Part shown: positions 36,033 to 45,754 of the stretch, piece by piece | Layout: every line of letters begins with the position of its first letter | Position numbering within the stretch: the first letter of the stretch is position 1 | From: an uncultured Candidatus Saccharibacteria bacterium | Lineage (GTDB): Bacteria > Patescibacteriota > UBA1384 > JAMDBS01 > CAYSHH01 | Reading direction: 5' to 3' | Assembly (NCBI GenBank): GCA_964430945.1 | Contig: CAYSHH010000007.1 | Span: forward strand, 1-45,879 | Length of the DNA: 45,879 nucleotides | Translations under genes and position numbers: made by a program | The notes under the pieces: generated by a model | Seen by the model: only the letters and a program-made list of their open reading frames with translations | The model's database searches: none | Told to the model about the DNA's origin: nothing

Positions 36033-36428
36033 ATGACTCTTTGTGCAATTGCAAAAAATGTTTGGCGAGAGTCCACATCGCATTGCCTGCGTTGTGGCAA
36101 ATCTCTTCTGGCGAATGTTGACGGTGACATTTGCCATGACTGTATCTGCGCCGGTCTAGAACCATTTCGCAGTGATCTAAAAAAGATCATAAGCGGACTT
36201 GGGTATCCAGGCGGACTAGGCCGCCAGAGCGGACTAGTCAAAGTCAATATGATTGCGGAAGGATTTCAGAGAATCCAGAAATTTAAAAATGGCGAGTGTT
36301 GTGAGACTTGTATCGCTTGCCGATTTTTGGGAAAGGTTGAACGATTCTCCAAAAATCTTCCCGTAAATCCTACCAAATTTTTTGCAGACAGCGAACGTTT
36401 GCGAAAAATTCTATGGGGAGCGAGATAA
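36033..36428 (+). CDS. Hypothetical Cys-rich protein (10 Cys, putative Zn or Fe-S binding)
   Basis: GAGGAGG SD; CLRC, CHDCIC, CCETCIAC. Confidence 0.7.
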   Translation: MTLCAIAKNVWRESTSHCLRCGKSLLANVDGDICHDCICAGLEPFRSDLKKIISGLGYPGGLGRQSGLVKVNMIAEGFQRIQKFKNGECCETCIACRFLGKVERFSKNLPVNPTKFFADSERLRKILWGAR

Positions 36429-36585
36429 CAAAATCACTTCCCGAATCCGGTCAAAAGACCGGAACTGATAAATAAAAAAGAAAAGAGGTGTCAACAATAT
36501 AAATAAACAACACCTTTTTGAGTGTTGTATCGTTGGCACCGACACACTGCCATTGATCAATAAAAAAAATACGGAGGACAAAAAA

Positions 36586-36822
36586 ATGCCAATGACTATT
36601 AGCCCGGAAACTCGCGAATTATGCAGCAAAGAGTTTTTGGAACTTTGTCAAGAAAAGGGGGTAAACTACTTAATCGGTAGTCACCATACTCCCAAACGTG
36701 TCAAGTTGTTTCGAGGCGAAAAGCAAATCGCGGAAATGAGCTCCGAATTTGAATCGCAGCATACTGCGATTCAAGAAATAACGAGAGCGTTTGTTCCGTA
36801 TCTTAAGAGACTGAAAAATTAA
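36586..36822 (+). CDS. Hypothetical 78-aa protein
   Basis: GGAGG SD before ATG 36586. Confidence 0.65.
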   Translation: MPMTISPETRELCSKEFLELCQEKGVNYLIGSHHTPKRVKLFRGEKQIAEMSSEFESQHTAIQEITRAFVPYLKRLKN

Positions 36823-36843
36823 TATTTTCCCAACCCATACCCT

Positions 36844-36929
36844 AAAAAAGCCTGCAGGTGCAGGCATCGTATCAGCGGTCAGACCGCGCGAAGGTAAATC
36901 CTAAGCGTGACTTGACCGCTCTTTTTTTT
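36844..36929. terminator. GC-rich double-hairpin element, terminator-like on both strands (possible ncRNA)
   Basis: gcctgc-aggt-gcaggc preceded by A6; agcggtca...tgaccgct followed by T8. Confidence 0.55.
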
Positions 36930-37096
36930 GCCCGATTTATCTCATAGATATTAAAATATCTCTATATCTGTTGTCTATTTTGTCATATTACAAATTTGCT
37001 AATTTATTTACTGATCATGTTCTTACGTATTGCTCAGTTACACAAATTCTAAGCTTGACTTATATTTTTAAAAATATATAATTTGTATATAATTTA

Positions 37097-37125
37097 TTGA
37101 CAAAGAGTCCTGGTTTATGTATAAT
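37097..37125 (+). promoter_or_regulatory. Consensus sigma70 promoter upstream of greA (second candidate TTGACT-N16-TATAAT at 37055-37082)
   Basis: TTGACA-N17-TATAAT exact. Confidence 0.85.
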
Positions 37126-37292
37126 ACTTGTCATATTTTAAAAAAGCTACTAAATAGTTTTTTAGAAAATTAATACTAAAAATATAGAATCAATATTTAA
37201 AAATTGCCTCCGTATGGGCGATTTTTCTTAATTTTAGGTAATAATAAATTACCTAAAATGAGATGATATAAATACACGAAAGGTATAAATTT

Positions 37293-37748
37293 ATGAGTAC
37301 AATATTAACTAAGGTGGGATACGAAAAACTAAAGAACGAACTTGATAAACTCAAGCACGATGAGAGACCGGCTGTTATCGAGCGCATTAAAAATGCACGT
37401 GAGCTTGGGGATCTTTCCGAAAATGCTGACTATGCTCAAGCACGTGAAGAGCAATCTTTTATGGAAGGTCGCATAAAAGAAATTGAAGCAAAGCTTAAAG
37501 ATGCTCAAGTTGTAGGTGCTGGAAGTGGTCGCAGTGAAGTGGCCGTAGGACACACAATCGATCTTGACTGCTCTGGTAAAAAAGAAACATATGAAATTGT
37601 TGGAGAAAACGAATCTGATCCGATAAACGGTAAGATTTCTGCTACATCTCCAGTAGCTCAAGCCGTTCTTGGTAAAAAGATTAACGATACCGTGAAAATC
37701 AAGATTCCTGCTGGCGTGAAAGAATGCAAGGTTACCAAGATATATTAA
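37293..37748 (+). CDS. greA: Transcription elongation factor GreA
   Basis: LT..GYEKL..EL, ARELGDLSENADY..AREEQ..EGRI, ISATSPVAQA.LG. Confidence 0.97.
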   Translation: MSTILTKVGYEKLKNELDKLKHDERPAVIERIKNARELGDLSENADYAQAREEQSFMEGRIKEIEAKLKDAQVVGAGSGRSEVAVGHTIDLDCSGKKETYEIVGENESDPINGKISATSPVAQAVLGKKINDTVKIKIPAGVKECKVTKIY

Positions 37749-37791
37749 CACGTGATTTTCAAAAACTCGTATTGGAAAACTAAAAATCAAT

Positions 37792-37822
37792 AAACTTCCC
37801 CTTTACGAAACGGGGAAGTTTT
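37792..37822 (+). terminator. Hairpin/terminator between greA and lysS
   Basis: aaacttcccc/ggggaagttt 10-bp stem. Confidence 0.7.
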
Positions 37823-37866
37823 AGTATTCTATAAGAAGAATAAGATAAATTTTGGGGAGCAACATC

Positions 37867-39240
37867 ATGAAACGTTCAGAAGCGTTAACTCAATCAAGAG
37901 TAGAAAAGTTAGACCAAATCAAGCGTTTGGGCATTGACCCATACCCAGCTAAATCGACACGTACTTCAAATGTAGTCGAAGCCAAAAAATCAAAGGATAA
38001 AAATATTCACGTTGTCGGAAGATTGGTCTCAATAAGACTTCATGGAAAAGCAGGATTCGCAAATATTGAAGACGCTTCAGGGAATATCCAAATATATATC
38101 AAACTCGATCTTGTTGGTGAAAAAAACTTTGAATTATTTAAACTTTTGGACGTCGGAGATTTTATCGAAGTGTCTGGCGAAATATTTATTACGAAAACAG
38201 GTGAGGCAACTATCAAATCCAATAAAATTAAACTATTATCAAAATCCTTAAAACAGATTCCATTATCTCACCAAGAAATTAAGAACAAAGAGGAACTATA
38301 CCGAAAACGTTATCTTGACCTTATTTCCAACAAAGATACCAAAGACGTTTTTATCACTCGTTCTAAATTTATTGCCGAATGCAGAAAATTTTTAGAAGGA
38401 AATGATTTTATTGAAGTTGATACTCCAATACTTCAAACTGTTGCCGGTGGCGCACTTGCCAAACCATTTACTACATATTATAACGAATATCATACAGATG
38501 TTTATCTTCGTATTGCACCAGAACTTTATCTCAAGCGACTTATTGTTGGCGGTTACGAACGAGTTTTCGAAGTGGCTAGATGTTTTAGAAATGAATGTGC
38601 TGATTGGTCACACAATCCAGAATTCACTCAAATAGAATTTTATGCAGCATATATGGACTACAATGATCTAATGAAATTTACTGAAGAAATGATAAAAAAT
38701 GTAATCAAAAAAGTTAAAAGTTCATATATTATCGAAAAAGATGACAAAAAAATTGATTTTTCCAAAAAATTTGCTGTCAAAACTTTTGAAGAAGTTTCGG
38801 GTGGTAAGATGACAGATGAGGCTTTCAAAGAAGGTGTCAAAAAACTAATAAATCCAACATTCGTGACAAATCATCCGCTTGATATTTCACCTCTTGCCAA
38901 AAAGAATGATGAAAAGACTGCCCAGAGATTTCAACTTATTGTCGCTGGCATGGAAGTAGTCAATGCTTACTCGGAACTTAATGACCCGATTGACCAAAAA
39001 GAAAGATTTATGGAGCAAGCCGAGATGAGACAAAAGGGAAATAAAGAAGCTACAATGGCTGATGATGATTTTGTAGAAGCTCTCGAATACGGTATGCCAC
39101 CAACAGCCGGATGGGGTATGGGAATCGATAGATTTATTATGCTACTTACCAATAAACATAGTCTTCGCGAAACAATCCTGTTTCCATTTATGAAACCTCG
39201 TGGCAAAAAATCCAATGATCAGCAAATAAATCAAAAATAA
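37867..39240 (+). CDS. lysS: Lysine--tRNA ligase (class II), shortened insertion domain
   Basis: OB domain GRL.S.R.HGK, LYRKRYLDL, GGALAKPF, YLRIAPELYLKRL, FRNE, HNPEFT, YGMPPTAGWGMGIDR; ATG 37867 after GGGGAG. Confidence 0.97.
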   Translation: MKRSEALTQSRVEKLDQIKRLGIDPYPAKSTRTSNVVEAKKSKDKNIHVVGRLVSIRLHGKAGFANIEDASGNIQIYIKLDLVGEKNFELFKLLDVGDFIEVSGEIFITKTGEATIKSNKIKLLSKSLKQIPLSHQEIKNKEELYRKRYLDLISNKDTKDVFITRSKFIAECRKFLEGNDFIEVDTPILQTVAGGALAKPFTTYYNEYHTDVYLRIAPELYLKRLIVGGYERVFEVARCFRNECADWSHNPEFTQIEFYAAYMDYNDLMKFTEEMIKNVIKKVKSSYIIEKDDKKIDFSKKFAVKTFEEVSGGKMTDEAFKEGVKKLINPTFVTNHPLDISPLAKKNDEKTAQRFQLIVAGMEVVNAYSELNDPIDQKERFMEQAEMRQKGNKEATMADDDFVEALEYGMPPTAGWGMGIDRFIMLLTNKHSLRETILFPFMKPRGKKSNDQQINQK

Positions 39241-39320
39241 TGCAATCGTGCATCTCTGAATTTCCTAAATTATTCAAATCGTTAAACTATTAAAATTATC
39301 ATTAGTATTATGGAGCTCAA

Positions 39321-40649
39321 ATGTTGGATATAAATTTTATAAGAAAAAATAAAGCAAAGGTTATTAAAGCAGCAAAAGACAAAAACTTAAAAGTTGATGT
39401 TGAGAAACTTCTCAGTTTGGATGCCGAAAGAAAAGATCTTAATATGCGAGTCGATAAACTTCGAGAAGAAAGAAATAGAATCGCTACGGAGATTGGTAGA
39501 CTTTATGCTGATGACAAGGTAAAAGAAGCTGATAGATTGAAAAAAAAGGCAGAGACGATAAAAAAGATGCTGCATGACCTTGAACCAGAGCTTGCTATAT
39601 ATAGTGAAGAAATTCTAGAAATTAGTTTACACGTGCCAAATATTCCATCCAAAGATACTCCAATTGGACTTAATGAAAGTAAAAACCAAGTAATTTCCAA
39701 ACATGGCACACCTAAAAAATTTGATTTCAAGGCCAAAGATCATGTTACACTTGGGAAAGAACTCGACATTATCGATCTTGAGCGTGGAGTAAAAGTTTCT
39801 GGATTTCGAGGATATTATTTAAAAGGAAAAGGTGCGCAGCTTCATATGGCGTTGATGCATTATGCATTTGATAAAATGACAAAAACTGGATTTACGCCAA
39901 TGATTGTTCCCACCCTAGTACGCAAAGACGCACTTATCGGTAGTGGTCATTTCCCATTTGGTAAAGAAGAGATCTATGAAATTGCCAATCCTGGAAAATT
40001 AGCCGATGGTTCAAAAATCACTGATTCAACATATCTCGTTGGCACTGCTGAACCATCACTTTTAGCCTATAGAATGAATGAAGTAATTGATGAAAAAGAG
40101 TTACCAATCAAAATGTGTGGATTTTCCCAATGCTATCGATCAGAGGTAGGTAGTTATGGTAAGGATACAAAAGGGCTTTTTAGATTGCATGAATTTTCAA
40201 AAATTGAACAGGTAATTATATGTAAAGATGACCCTTATAGCGCAGATAAATTATTTGAAGAACTTCGAACCAATGCCGAAAATATTCTAAAGGATTTGGA
40301 ATTGTCATTTCAGATACTTCAAATTTGTACTGGAGATATGGGTGCAGGAAAATACAAGATGTATGACATTGAAACTTGGATGCCATCACTTGGAAAATAT
40401 GCCGAGACTCATTCTAATTCTAATCTTACTGATTGGCAAACAAGACGCTTAAACATTCGTTATAAAGCTCAAGACGGTAAGAAAGTTTATCCATATGCTT
40501 TAAATAACACCGCACTTGCTTCACCTCGCATACTTATCGCGCTTCTCGAAAACCATCAACAAAAAGATGGTTCAATCAAAATTCCTAAAGCACTTCACAA
40601 ATACACTGGCTTCACCGAGATAAAAAAACGTAAAAGAATTATCATTTAA
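39321..40649 (+). CDS. serS: Serine--tRNA ligase
   Basis: MLDINFIR, VPNIP, GTAE, CYRSE.G..G..T.GL.R.HEF.K.E, LNNTALASPRILIALLEN. Confidence 0.97.
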   Translation: MLDINFIRKNKAKVIKAAKDKNLKVDVEKLLSLDAERKDLNMRVDKLREERNRIATEIGRLYADDKVKEADRLKKKAETIKKMLHDLEPELAIYSEEILEISLHVPNIPSKDTPIGLNESKNQVISKHGTPKKFDFKAKDHVTLGKELDIIDLERGVKVSGFRGYYLKGKGAQLHMALMHYAFDKMTKTGFTPMIVPTLVRKDALIGSGHFPFGKEEIYEIANPGKLADGSKITDSTYLVGTAEPSLLAYRMNEVIDEKELPIKMCGFSQCYRSEVGSYGKDTKGLFRLHEFSKIEQVIICKDDPYSADKLFEELRTNAENILKDLELSFQILQICTGDMGAGKYKMYDIETWMPSLGKYAETHSNSNLTDWQTRRLNIRYKAQDGKKVYPYALNNTALASPRILIALLENHQQKDGSIKIPKALHKYTGFTEIKKRKRIII

Positions 40650-40697
40650 CTTTCGTTGGTTACTAAAAAAATAATTATTATTCCTGGGAGGGAAATC

Positions 40698-41708
40698 ATG
40701 AAAAATTTTTTATTGGTATCTAGCTTACTGTTGACTTTATTAGTTACACCATTTTTAGTAAAAGCAGATGTGATACCGCCAAACGAGCATGGTGTCGTAG
40801 CATGTGTAAAATTAGACAATAGTTTAAACAATAAGCTCAGTGATTTTTATATAGTCGGATATTATGAAGGGCCAATGATAGATGGTCATGAGGCGTATAT
40901 CATAACAACACAAGACGGATCAAGTGACAACACAACAGCTTGTTTGGAAAAAGGTTATAAATTAAATGATTTTCATCTTTTAGCTATTAGAAAAAGTTAT
41001 CTCGACAAAGTGGGACTTGATAAAATCGATACTGGTAATCCAAATGTTTATATAAACGACGATGTCGATTTAAGTCAAGTATATGTTCCAGATTCTGACC
41101 CAACCAAAACCATTACTAGTATCTATAGTATCGACGGTATTTCTGATGGAAAACTTTTTCTGGACAAAGAAAAACAAACTACTGAGTATAGTGATGGTAC
41201 AGTAGAAAAAATAGAAACATTTGAAGACATAAATTGTGTTATTGACTCTTGTCCGCATTTTTCTTCTTTCAAATGCACCTCTGAAGCAGATGTGGATTCT
41301 AGTACTCCTTGTACAGCTATTTACGAAATTGGCGACAACTGTTTACAATACGCAACTTGTAGTAATGGCGGAACGTGCAAAACAGGATCTAGTGAGGAAT
41401 TCACAAAATGTAAAACTTGTATAGAAACTTGCAAAGATCAAAACCTAGAGGCTGTGGAACTAGACAAGTGTGCTACCAAATGTAGTTCTTCTGAAGTTAT
41501 CAATCAAGGAAAAACTATTGAACCAACCTCAGAGCCAACGACATCAAATGAACCATCCCCATCTCCAACTACAACCGAGAATCCTATTCAAAAACTCATT
41601 AATACTGGCCCAAGTTTTTATGTGATTGTGATATTAGCTGTATTGGCGATCATTATCTTTGTAATCTACTTGGTTGACAATAAGGAGAAACACCATCATA
41701 TCAAATAA
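40698..41708 (+). CDS. Surface protein: signal peptide, 12-Cys domain, PT/PS linker, C-terminal TM anchor
   Basis: VKA-DVIPP cleavage, Cys-rich segment, EPTSEPTT..PSPSPT, hydrophobic C-terminus; GGAGG SD before ATG 40698. Confidence 0.75.
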   Translation: MKNFLLVSSLLLTLLVTPFLVKADVIPPNEHGVVACVKLDNSLNNKLSDFYIVGYYEGPMIDGHEAYIITTQDGSSDNTTACLEKGYKLNDFHLLAIRKSYLDKVGLDKIDTGNPNVYINDDVDLSQVYVPDSDPTKTITSIYSIDGISDGKLFLDKEKQTTEYSDGTVEKIETFEDINCVIDSCPHFSSFKCTSEADVDSSTPCTAIYEIGDNCLQYATCSNGGTCKTGSSEEFTKCKTCIETCKDQNLEAVELDKCATKCSSSEVINQGKTIEPTSEPTTSNEPSPSPTTTENPIQKLINTGPSFYVIVILAVLAIIIFVIYLVDNKEKHHHIK

Positions 41709-41736
41709 TTAATTTATATTATAAAGAAAGGCACAA

Positions 41737-42573
41737 ATGAAAAACATCTTTAAAACAGCCGGAATATCATTTATACTTGCTGTAATAATCACAATTATAT
41801 CAATATTTATCGCAGTCTTTTGGGTCGCTACTTACCAAAACATCTATTTTATCTATATATTGGTGCCGATATTGACGATATTGAGTGTGATGTTTTACAT
41901 GGGAATTTTTCAAATTGGAAAAAAATATTCTTCAAATCTCATAATAATTGGCGCAAAAATTCGTATAGCTATAGTTATATTCGGAGCCGTGGCTCTGATT
42001 GGGGTAGTAGCATACTATCAAAAAGATGTGAATAATTTTATTCAAAATACGAAGAACGCGATTGTATCTGCTGAGATGGATTCTAAAGAAAGGTTTACTA
42101 CTCTTCCATCGTCGACCCTATCAATTGACAATAAGACACAGAACAATATTGAAAAAAATATCGAAGACGAGAAAAGCGAAAGCGGACTGGACCAATTGGC
42201 AAAGGATCTGGAGCCAATGAAAAATTACTTTTTGATCTGGATTTTAGTATGCTTATTATTTGCTGTGCTTCCTGATATTATTATGGGTTTTGGGTTTTTA
42301 AAAATTGACGACGATAAACTCAGATATTCAAAAATAACTGGTATCATGGAATTAATTTACGGATTTGGTTCGATCACTCAAATGATACTTTCTATAATAA
42401 TTATTTATGCTCTGACAAATTCTTCGCCGATGCTTATGATTTCTACTGGTTTAATTAACAATTTATTAGGCATGGCAATATCTGTAGTTACTCTTATCTG
42501 GGCAGTATTAATTCTAGTTATTCTCTTTCAGGAAGCTGGAAAATTTGATAAAAAACATATTGAAAATAATTAA
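41737..42573 (+). CDS. Hypothetical polytopic membrane protein (about 6 TM, central soluble loop)
   Basis: Hydrophobic helices; GIFQIGKKY and GFGFLKI half-repeats. Confidence 0.75.
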   Translation: MKNIFKTAGISFILAVIITIISIFIAVFWVATYQNIYFIYILVPILTILSVMFYMGIFQIGKKYSSNLIIIGAKIRIAIVIFGAVALIGVVAYYQKDVNNFIQNTKNAIVSAEMDSKERFTTLPSSTLSIDNKTQNNIEKNIEDEKSESGLDQLAKDLEPMKNYFLIWILVCLLFAVLPDIIMGFGFLKIDDDKLRYSKITGIMELIYGFGSITQMILSIIIIYALTNSSPMLMISTGLINNLLGMAISVVTLIWAVLILVILFQEAGKFDKKHIENN

Positions 42574-42587
42574 TGAAAGGAGAATTG

Positions 42588-42968
42588 ATGAAGTGTACGA
42601 ATGGTTTAAGATATAATCTCAAATCAAAAGGATTAGAATTCTCTGATGTCGACAAGAAGCTAGTTGAAGAGAAAATAATAAATGTAATTAGAAAATACTT
42701 TGATGATACATCTACAGTAGTGGATATTAGCGCACGTGATACCAATGGCCCAAAAGGAGGAATCGATAAGGAAATTGATGTTGTGATTACGATAAAAGGC
42801 GATAAAAACCCAATTAAGATCACCGAACGCGATGAATATATCACCGAAGCTATTAATAAATCAGCCGATAGAGTAGAAAAAATTCTTAGGCGTCAAAAAG
42901 ATAAAATTGTAAAAGCCGGTCGTTTTCCCCGCAAATATTATATCGACGAAAAGTTATCTGAAAAATAA
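42588..42968 (+). CDS. hpf: Short ribosome hibernation factor HPF/RaiA-like protein (divergent)
   Basis: beta-alpha-beta-beta-beta-alpha pattern ending EAINKSADRVEKILRRQKDK; position directly upstream of secA; AAAGGAG SD. Confidence 0.7.
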   Translation: MKCTNGLRYNLKSKGLEFSDVDKKLVEEKIINVIRKYFDDTSTVVDISARDTNGPKGGIDKEIDVVITIKGDKNPIKITERDEYITEAINKSADRVEKILRRQKDKIVKAGRFPRKYYIDEKLSEK

Positions 42969-43091
42969 TGTACTAATTCATTTCATTAGGTAGTAATATT
43001 AGGCAGAATTTTCTGTTGTTATTGGGGTTGGTAAGTGTTACAATCTAGAAGATAAATTAGAAAATAGAATATTGAAAAACTAAATTTATTT

Positions 43092-43115
43092 TTAGAAATC
43101 TAACTAGATTTCTAA
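43092..43115. promoter_or_regulatory. Perfect palindrome upstream of secA (operator-like)
   Basis: ttagaaatcta-ac-tagatttctaa. Confidence 0.45.
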
Positions 43116-43144
43116 TTTAGAATTCTTAATTGAAGGGAGCTATC

Positions 43145-45754
43145 GTGGGACTTTTGAATAAAATATTTGGAGATCCAAATCAAAAAGAAATAAAAAAACT
43201 TGAGCCGATCGTAGCTACAATAAATGATCTCGAGTCAGACTATGAAAAATTTGAAGATAAAGATATCAAGGCAAAGACCGAAGAGTTCAAGAAACGTTTG
43301 TCAAATGGTGAAGAACTAGATAATCTTCTTCCAGAAGCATTTGCGCTCGTAAGAGAGACTGGAAAACGTGTTCTTGGTCAAAGACACTATGACGTTCAGC
43401 TTATGGCCGGAATAGTACTTCATCAAGGAAAGATATCTGAAATGAAAACAGGTGAAGGAAAAACGCTCGTTGCAACTCTGCCATTGTACCTAAATGCACT
43501 TGATGGCAAAGGGTGCCATCTTGTAGCACCCAATGACTATTTATCAAGAGTCGGTGGTGGATGGATGGGAGCTATTTATCATGCACTCGGTCTTAGCGTT
43601 GGAGTAATTGCTCATGATTTTTCTGCGGTATATGATCCTGATTATATAGATTCACATGATCACGGAGATGTTCGGCTTAATCACTGGAGACCAGTATCAC
43701 GTGTTGAAGCATATAATGCAGATATTACATATGGTACAAACAATGAATTTGGATTTGATTATCTTCGAGACAATATGGCAGTTGACAGATCCCAACTTGT
43801 CCAGCGCCCATTCAATTATTCAATCGTTGATGAAGTAGACTCAATACTTATTGATGAAGCAAGAACTCCTCTTATTATTTCTGCGCCAGCAGAAGAATCA
43901 GCATCACTTTATGAACGTTTCGCTCATCTCGTTCCTCAACTCGAGGAAGGAAAAGATTACGAAGTTGATGAAAAGGACAAGGCGGTAACCATAAAAGACG
44001 CGGGTATTAAAAAAATGGAACAGTCTTTGGGTGTAGATAATATTTATAATCGTAAAGGGGTACGATATGTTCACCATCTCGAAGAAGCACTTAAGGCACA
44101 TTATATATTTAAAAAAGACAAAGATTATGTTGTCAAAGGTGGAGAAATAATCATTGTTGATGAATTTACTGGTCGTATGATGCAAGGTCGACGTTATTCC
44201 GGAGGATTGCACCAAGCGATCGAAGCCAAAGAAGGAGTCGAAGTAAAACGCGAATCGGATACTCTTGCAACTATATCATTCCAAAATTTATTTAGAATGT
44301 ATCCAAAACTTGCGGGTATGACAGGTACTGCTGCAACAGAAGCTGAGGAGTTCGGAAAAATATATAACCTCGATGTTGTCGAAATACCTACAAATCGTGA
44401 ATTGGTGAGAATTGATCAAAATGATCAGATATACAAATCGATTGAAGGTAAGTATAATGCAATTGTTGAAGAAGTAAAAAAGAAAAATGCAGATGGGCAG
44501 CCTGTACTTATTGGTACTATATCTATTGAAAAAAATGAATATTTATCAACTCTCTTAAAAAGAAATGGAATAAAACACAAAGTTTTAAATGCAAAACATC
44601 ATGAACAAGAAGCAAAAATTATTTCAGATGCTGGTAAGACTGGAGCAGTAACACTTGCAACCAATATGGCCGGTCGCGGTGTAGACATCGTTCTTGGAGG
44701 CGATCCGCCTGAAGATAAAAAGGACATTAAAAAATGGGAAGAAAATCATAAAAAGATTATTGATCTTGGTGGACTTTGTGTTATCGGTACAGAGCGTCAC
44801 GAATCACGTCGAATAGATAATCAACTTAGGGGACGAGCAGGACGTCAGGGTGATCCAGGTGAAACAAAATTTTTTGTATCTATGCAGGACGACCTAATGC
44901 GTATTTTTGGTGGAGAACGTATCGGTAGTATGATGGAGCGTTTAGGGCTTCCAGAAGATCAGCCCATCACTCACCCATTAATTTCAAGATCTATTGAACA
45001 GGCACAAAGAAAAGTTGAGGGGCATAATTTTGATATCAGAAAGCATCTTGTTGAATATGATGATGTTATGAATAAACACCGAGAGGTTGTTTACCGAAAA
45101 CGCAAAAAAATACTTTATTTAGATCCTACGAAAGAAGATTGGTTACATGAAGAGATTAAATCTATCATGGATGAAAACGAATTAAAGACATATCAGGAAA
45201 AAACATCTCAGATAGGACTTGATAAAACACGACAATTGGAAAAAATGGTATATCTTAGAACTATTGATGTTCTTTGGATAGAGCACCTAAACACTATGAC
45301 TGAACTAAGAGAAGGAATCGGCTTACGTGGTTATGGTCAACGAGATCCTTTGCTTGAATACAAACAGGAAGCTTATCGTATTTTTCAAGATCTCATCGCA
45401 GGTATTGAAAAGAGAGTCATAGAAATGCTTGCAAAAGTTAAAATTAGAGAAGATTCGATTGGACAAAATGAACAAAATACAAATATGCGCATGAATTTTC
45501 AAGGAGCAAGCGAATCGCTTGCTGGCGGAGCTATTCGTCAACCGACTATAGATCAACAAAACCCAGGGCAAACTATTCCGAATCAATCTCAGTCATCAAA
45601 TAAAAATGTTACAGTAACTGTTCGTCAAGTCAGTTCCGATACATCAGAATCAACCTCAAGCGAATCAATAGAAAGAACGAATAAAAAAGTTGGACGTAAT
45701 GATCCTTGCCCATGTGGATCAGGAAAAAAATACAAGAGATGTTGTGGTAAATAA
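43145..45754 (+). CDS. secA: Preprotein translocase ATPase SecA with SEC-C motif
   Basis: [72 protein letters not shown]; GTG 43145 after GGGAG. Confidence 0.98.
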   Translation: MGLLNKIFGDPNQKEIKKLEPIVATINDLESDYEKFEDKDIKAKTEEFKKRLSNGEELDNLLPEAFALVRETGKRVLGQRHYDVQLMAGIVLHQGKISEMKTGEGKTLVATLPLYLNALDGKGCHLVAPNDYLSRVGGGWMGAIYHALGLSVGVIAHDFSAVYDPDYIDSHDHGDVRLNHWRPVSRVEAYNADITYGTNNEFGFDYLRDNMAVDRSQLVQRPFNYSIVDEVDSILIDEARTPLIISAPAEESASLYERFAHLVPQLEEGKDYEVDEKDKAVTIKDAGIKKMEQSLGVDNIYNRKGVRYVHHLEEALKAHYIFKKDKDYVVKGGEIIIVDEFTGRMMQGRRYSGGLHQAIEAKEGVEVKRESDTLATISFQNLFRMYPKLAGMTGTAATEAEEFGKIYNLDVVEIPTNRELVRIDQNDQIYKSIEGKYNAIVEEVKKKNADGQPVLIGTISIEKNEYLSTLLKRNGIKHKVLNAKHHEQEAKIISDAGKTGAVTLATNMAGRGVDIVLGGDPPEDKKDIKKWEENHKKIIDLGGLCVIGTERHESRRIDNQLRGRAGRQGDPGETKFFVSMQDDLMRIFGGERIGSMMERLGLPEDQPITHPLISRSIEQAQRKVEGHNFDIRKHLVEYDDVMNKHREVVYRKRKKILYLDPTKEDWLHEEIKSIMDENELKTYQEKTSQIGLDKTRQLEKMVYLRTIDVLWIEHLNTMTELREGIGLRGYGQRDPLLEYKQEAYRIFQDLIAGIEKRVIEMLAKVKIREDSIGQNEQNTNMRMNFQGASESLAGGAIRQPTIDQQNPGQTIPNQSQSSNKNVTVTVRQVSSDTSESTSSESIERTNKKVGRNDPCPCGSGKKYKRCCGK

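Noticed and set aside
36441-36470. CCGAATCC...GGAAC resemblance to the 5' part of the c-di-AMP (ydaO) riboswitch
   Set aside because: The remaining conserved elements of that riboswitch are absent.
35798-36929. Integron cassette array (small ORFs separated by hairpins; also considered for 8219-8753)
   Set aside because: No RYYYAAC/GTTRRRY attC core sites bounding the hairpins and no intI gene.
1581-45586. Numerous 60-150-aa ORFs antisense to or overlapping long genes in the supplied track
   Set aside because: They are shadows of well-supported genes, with no SD, motifs or independent support.
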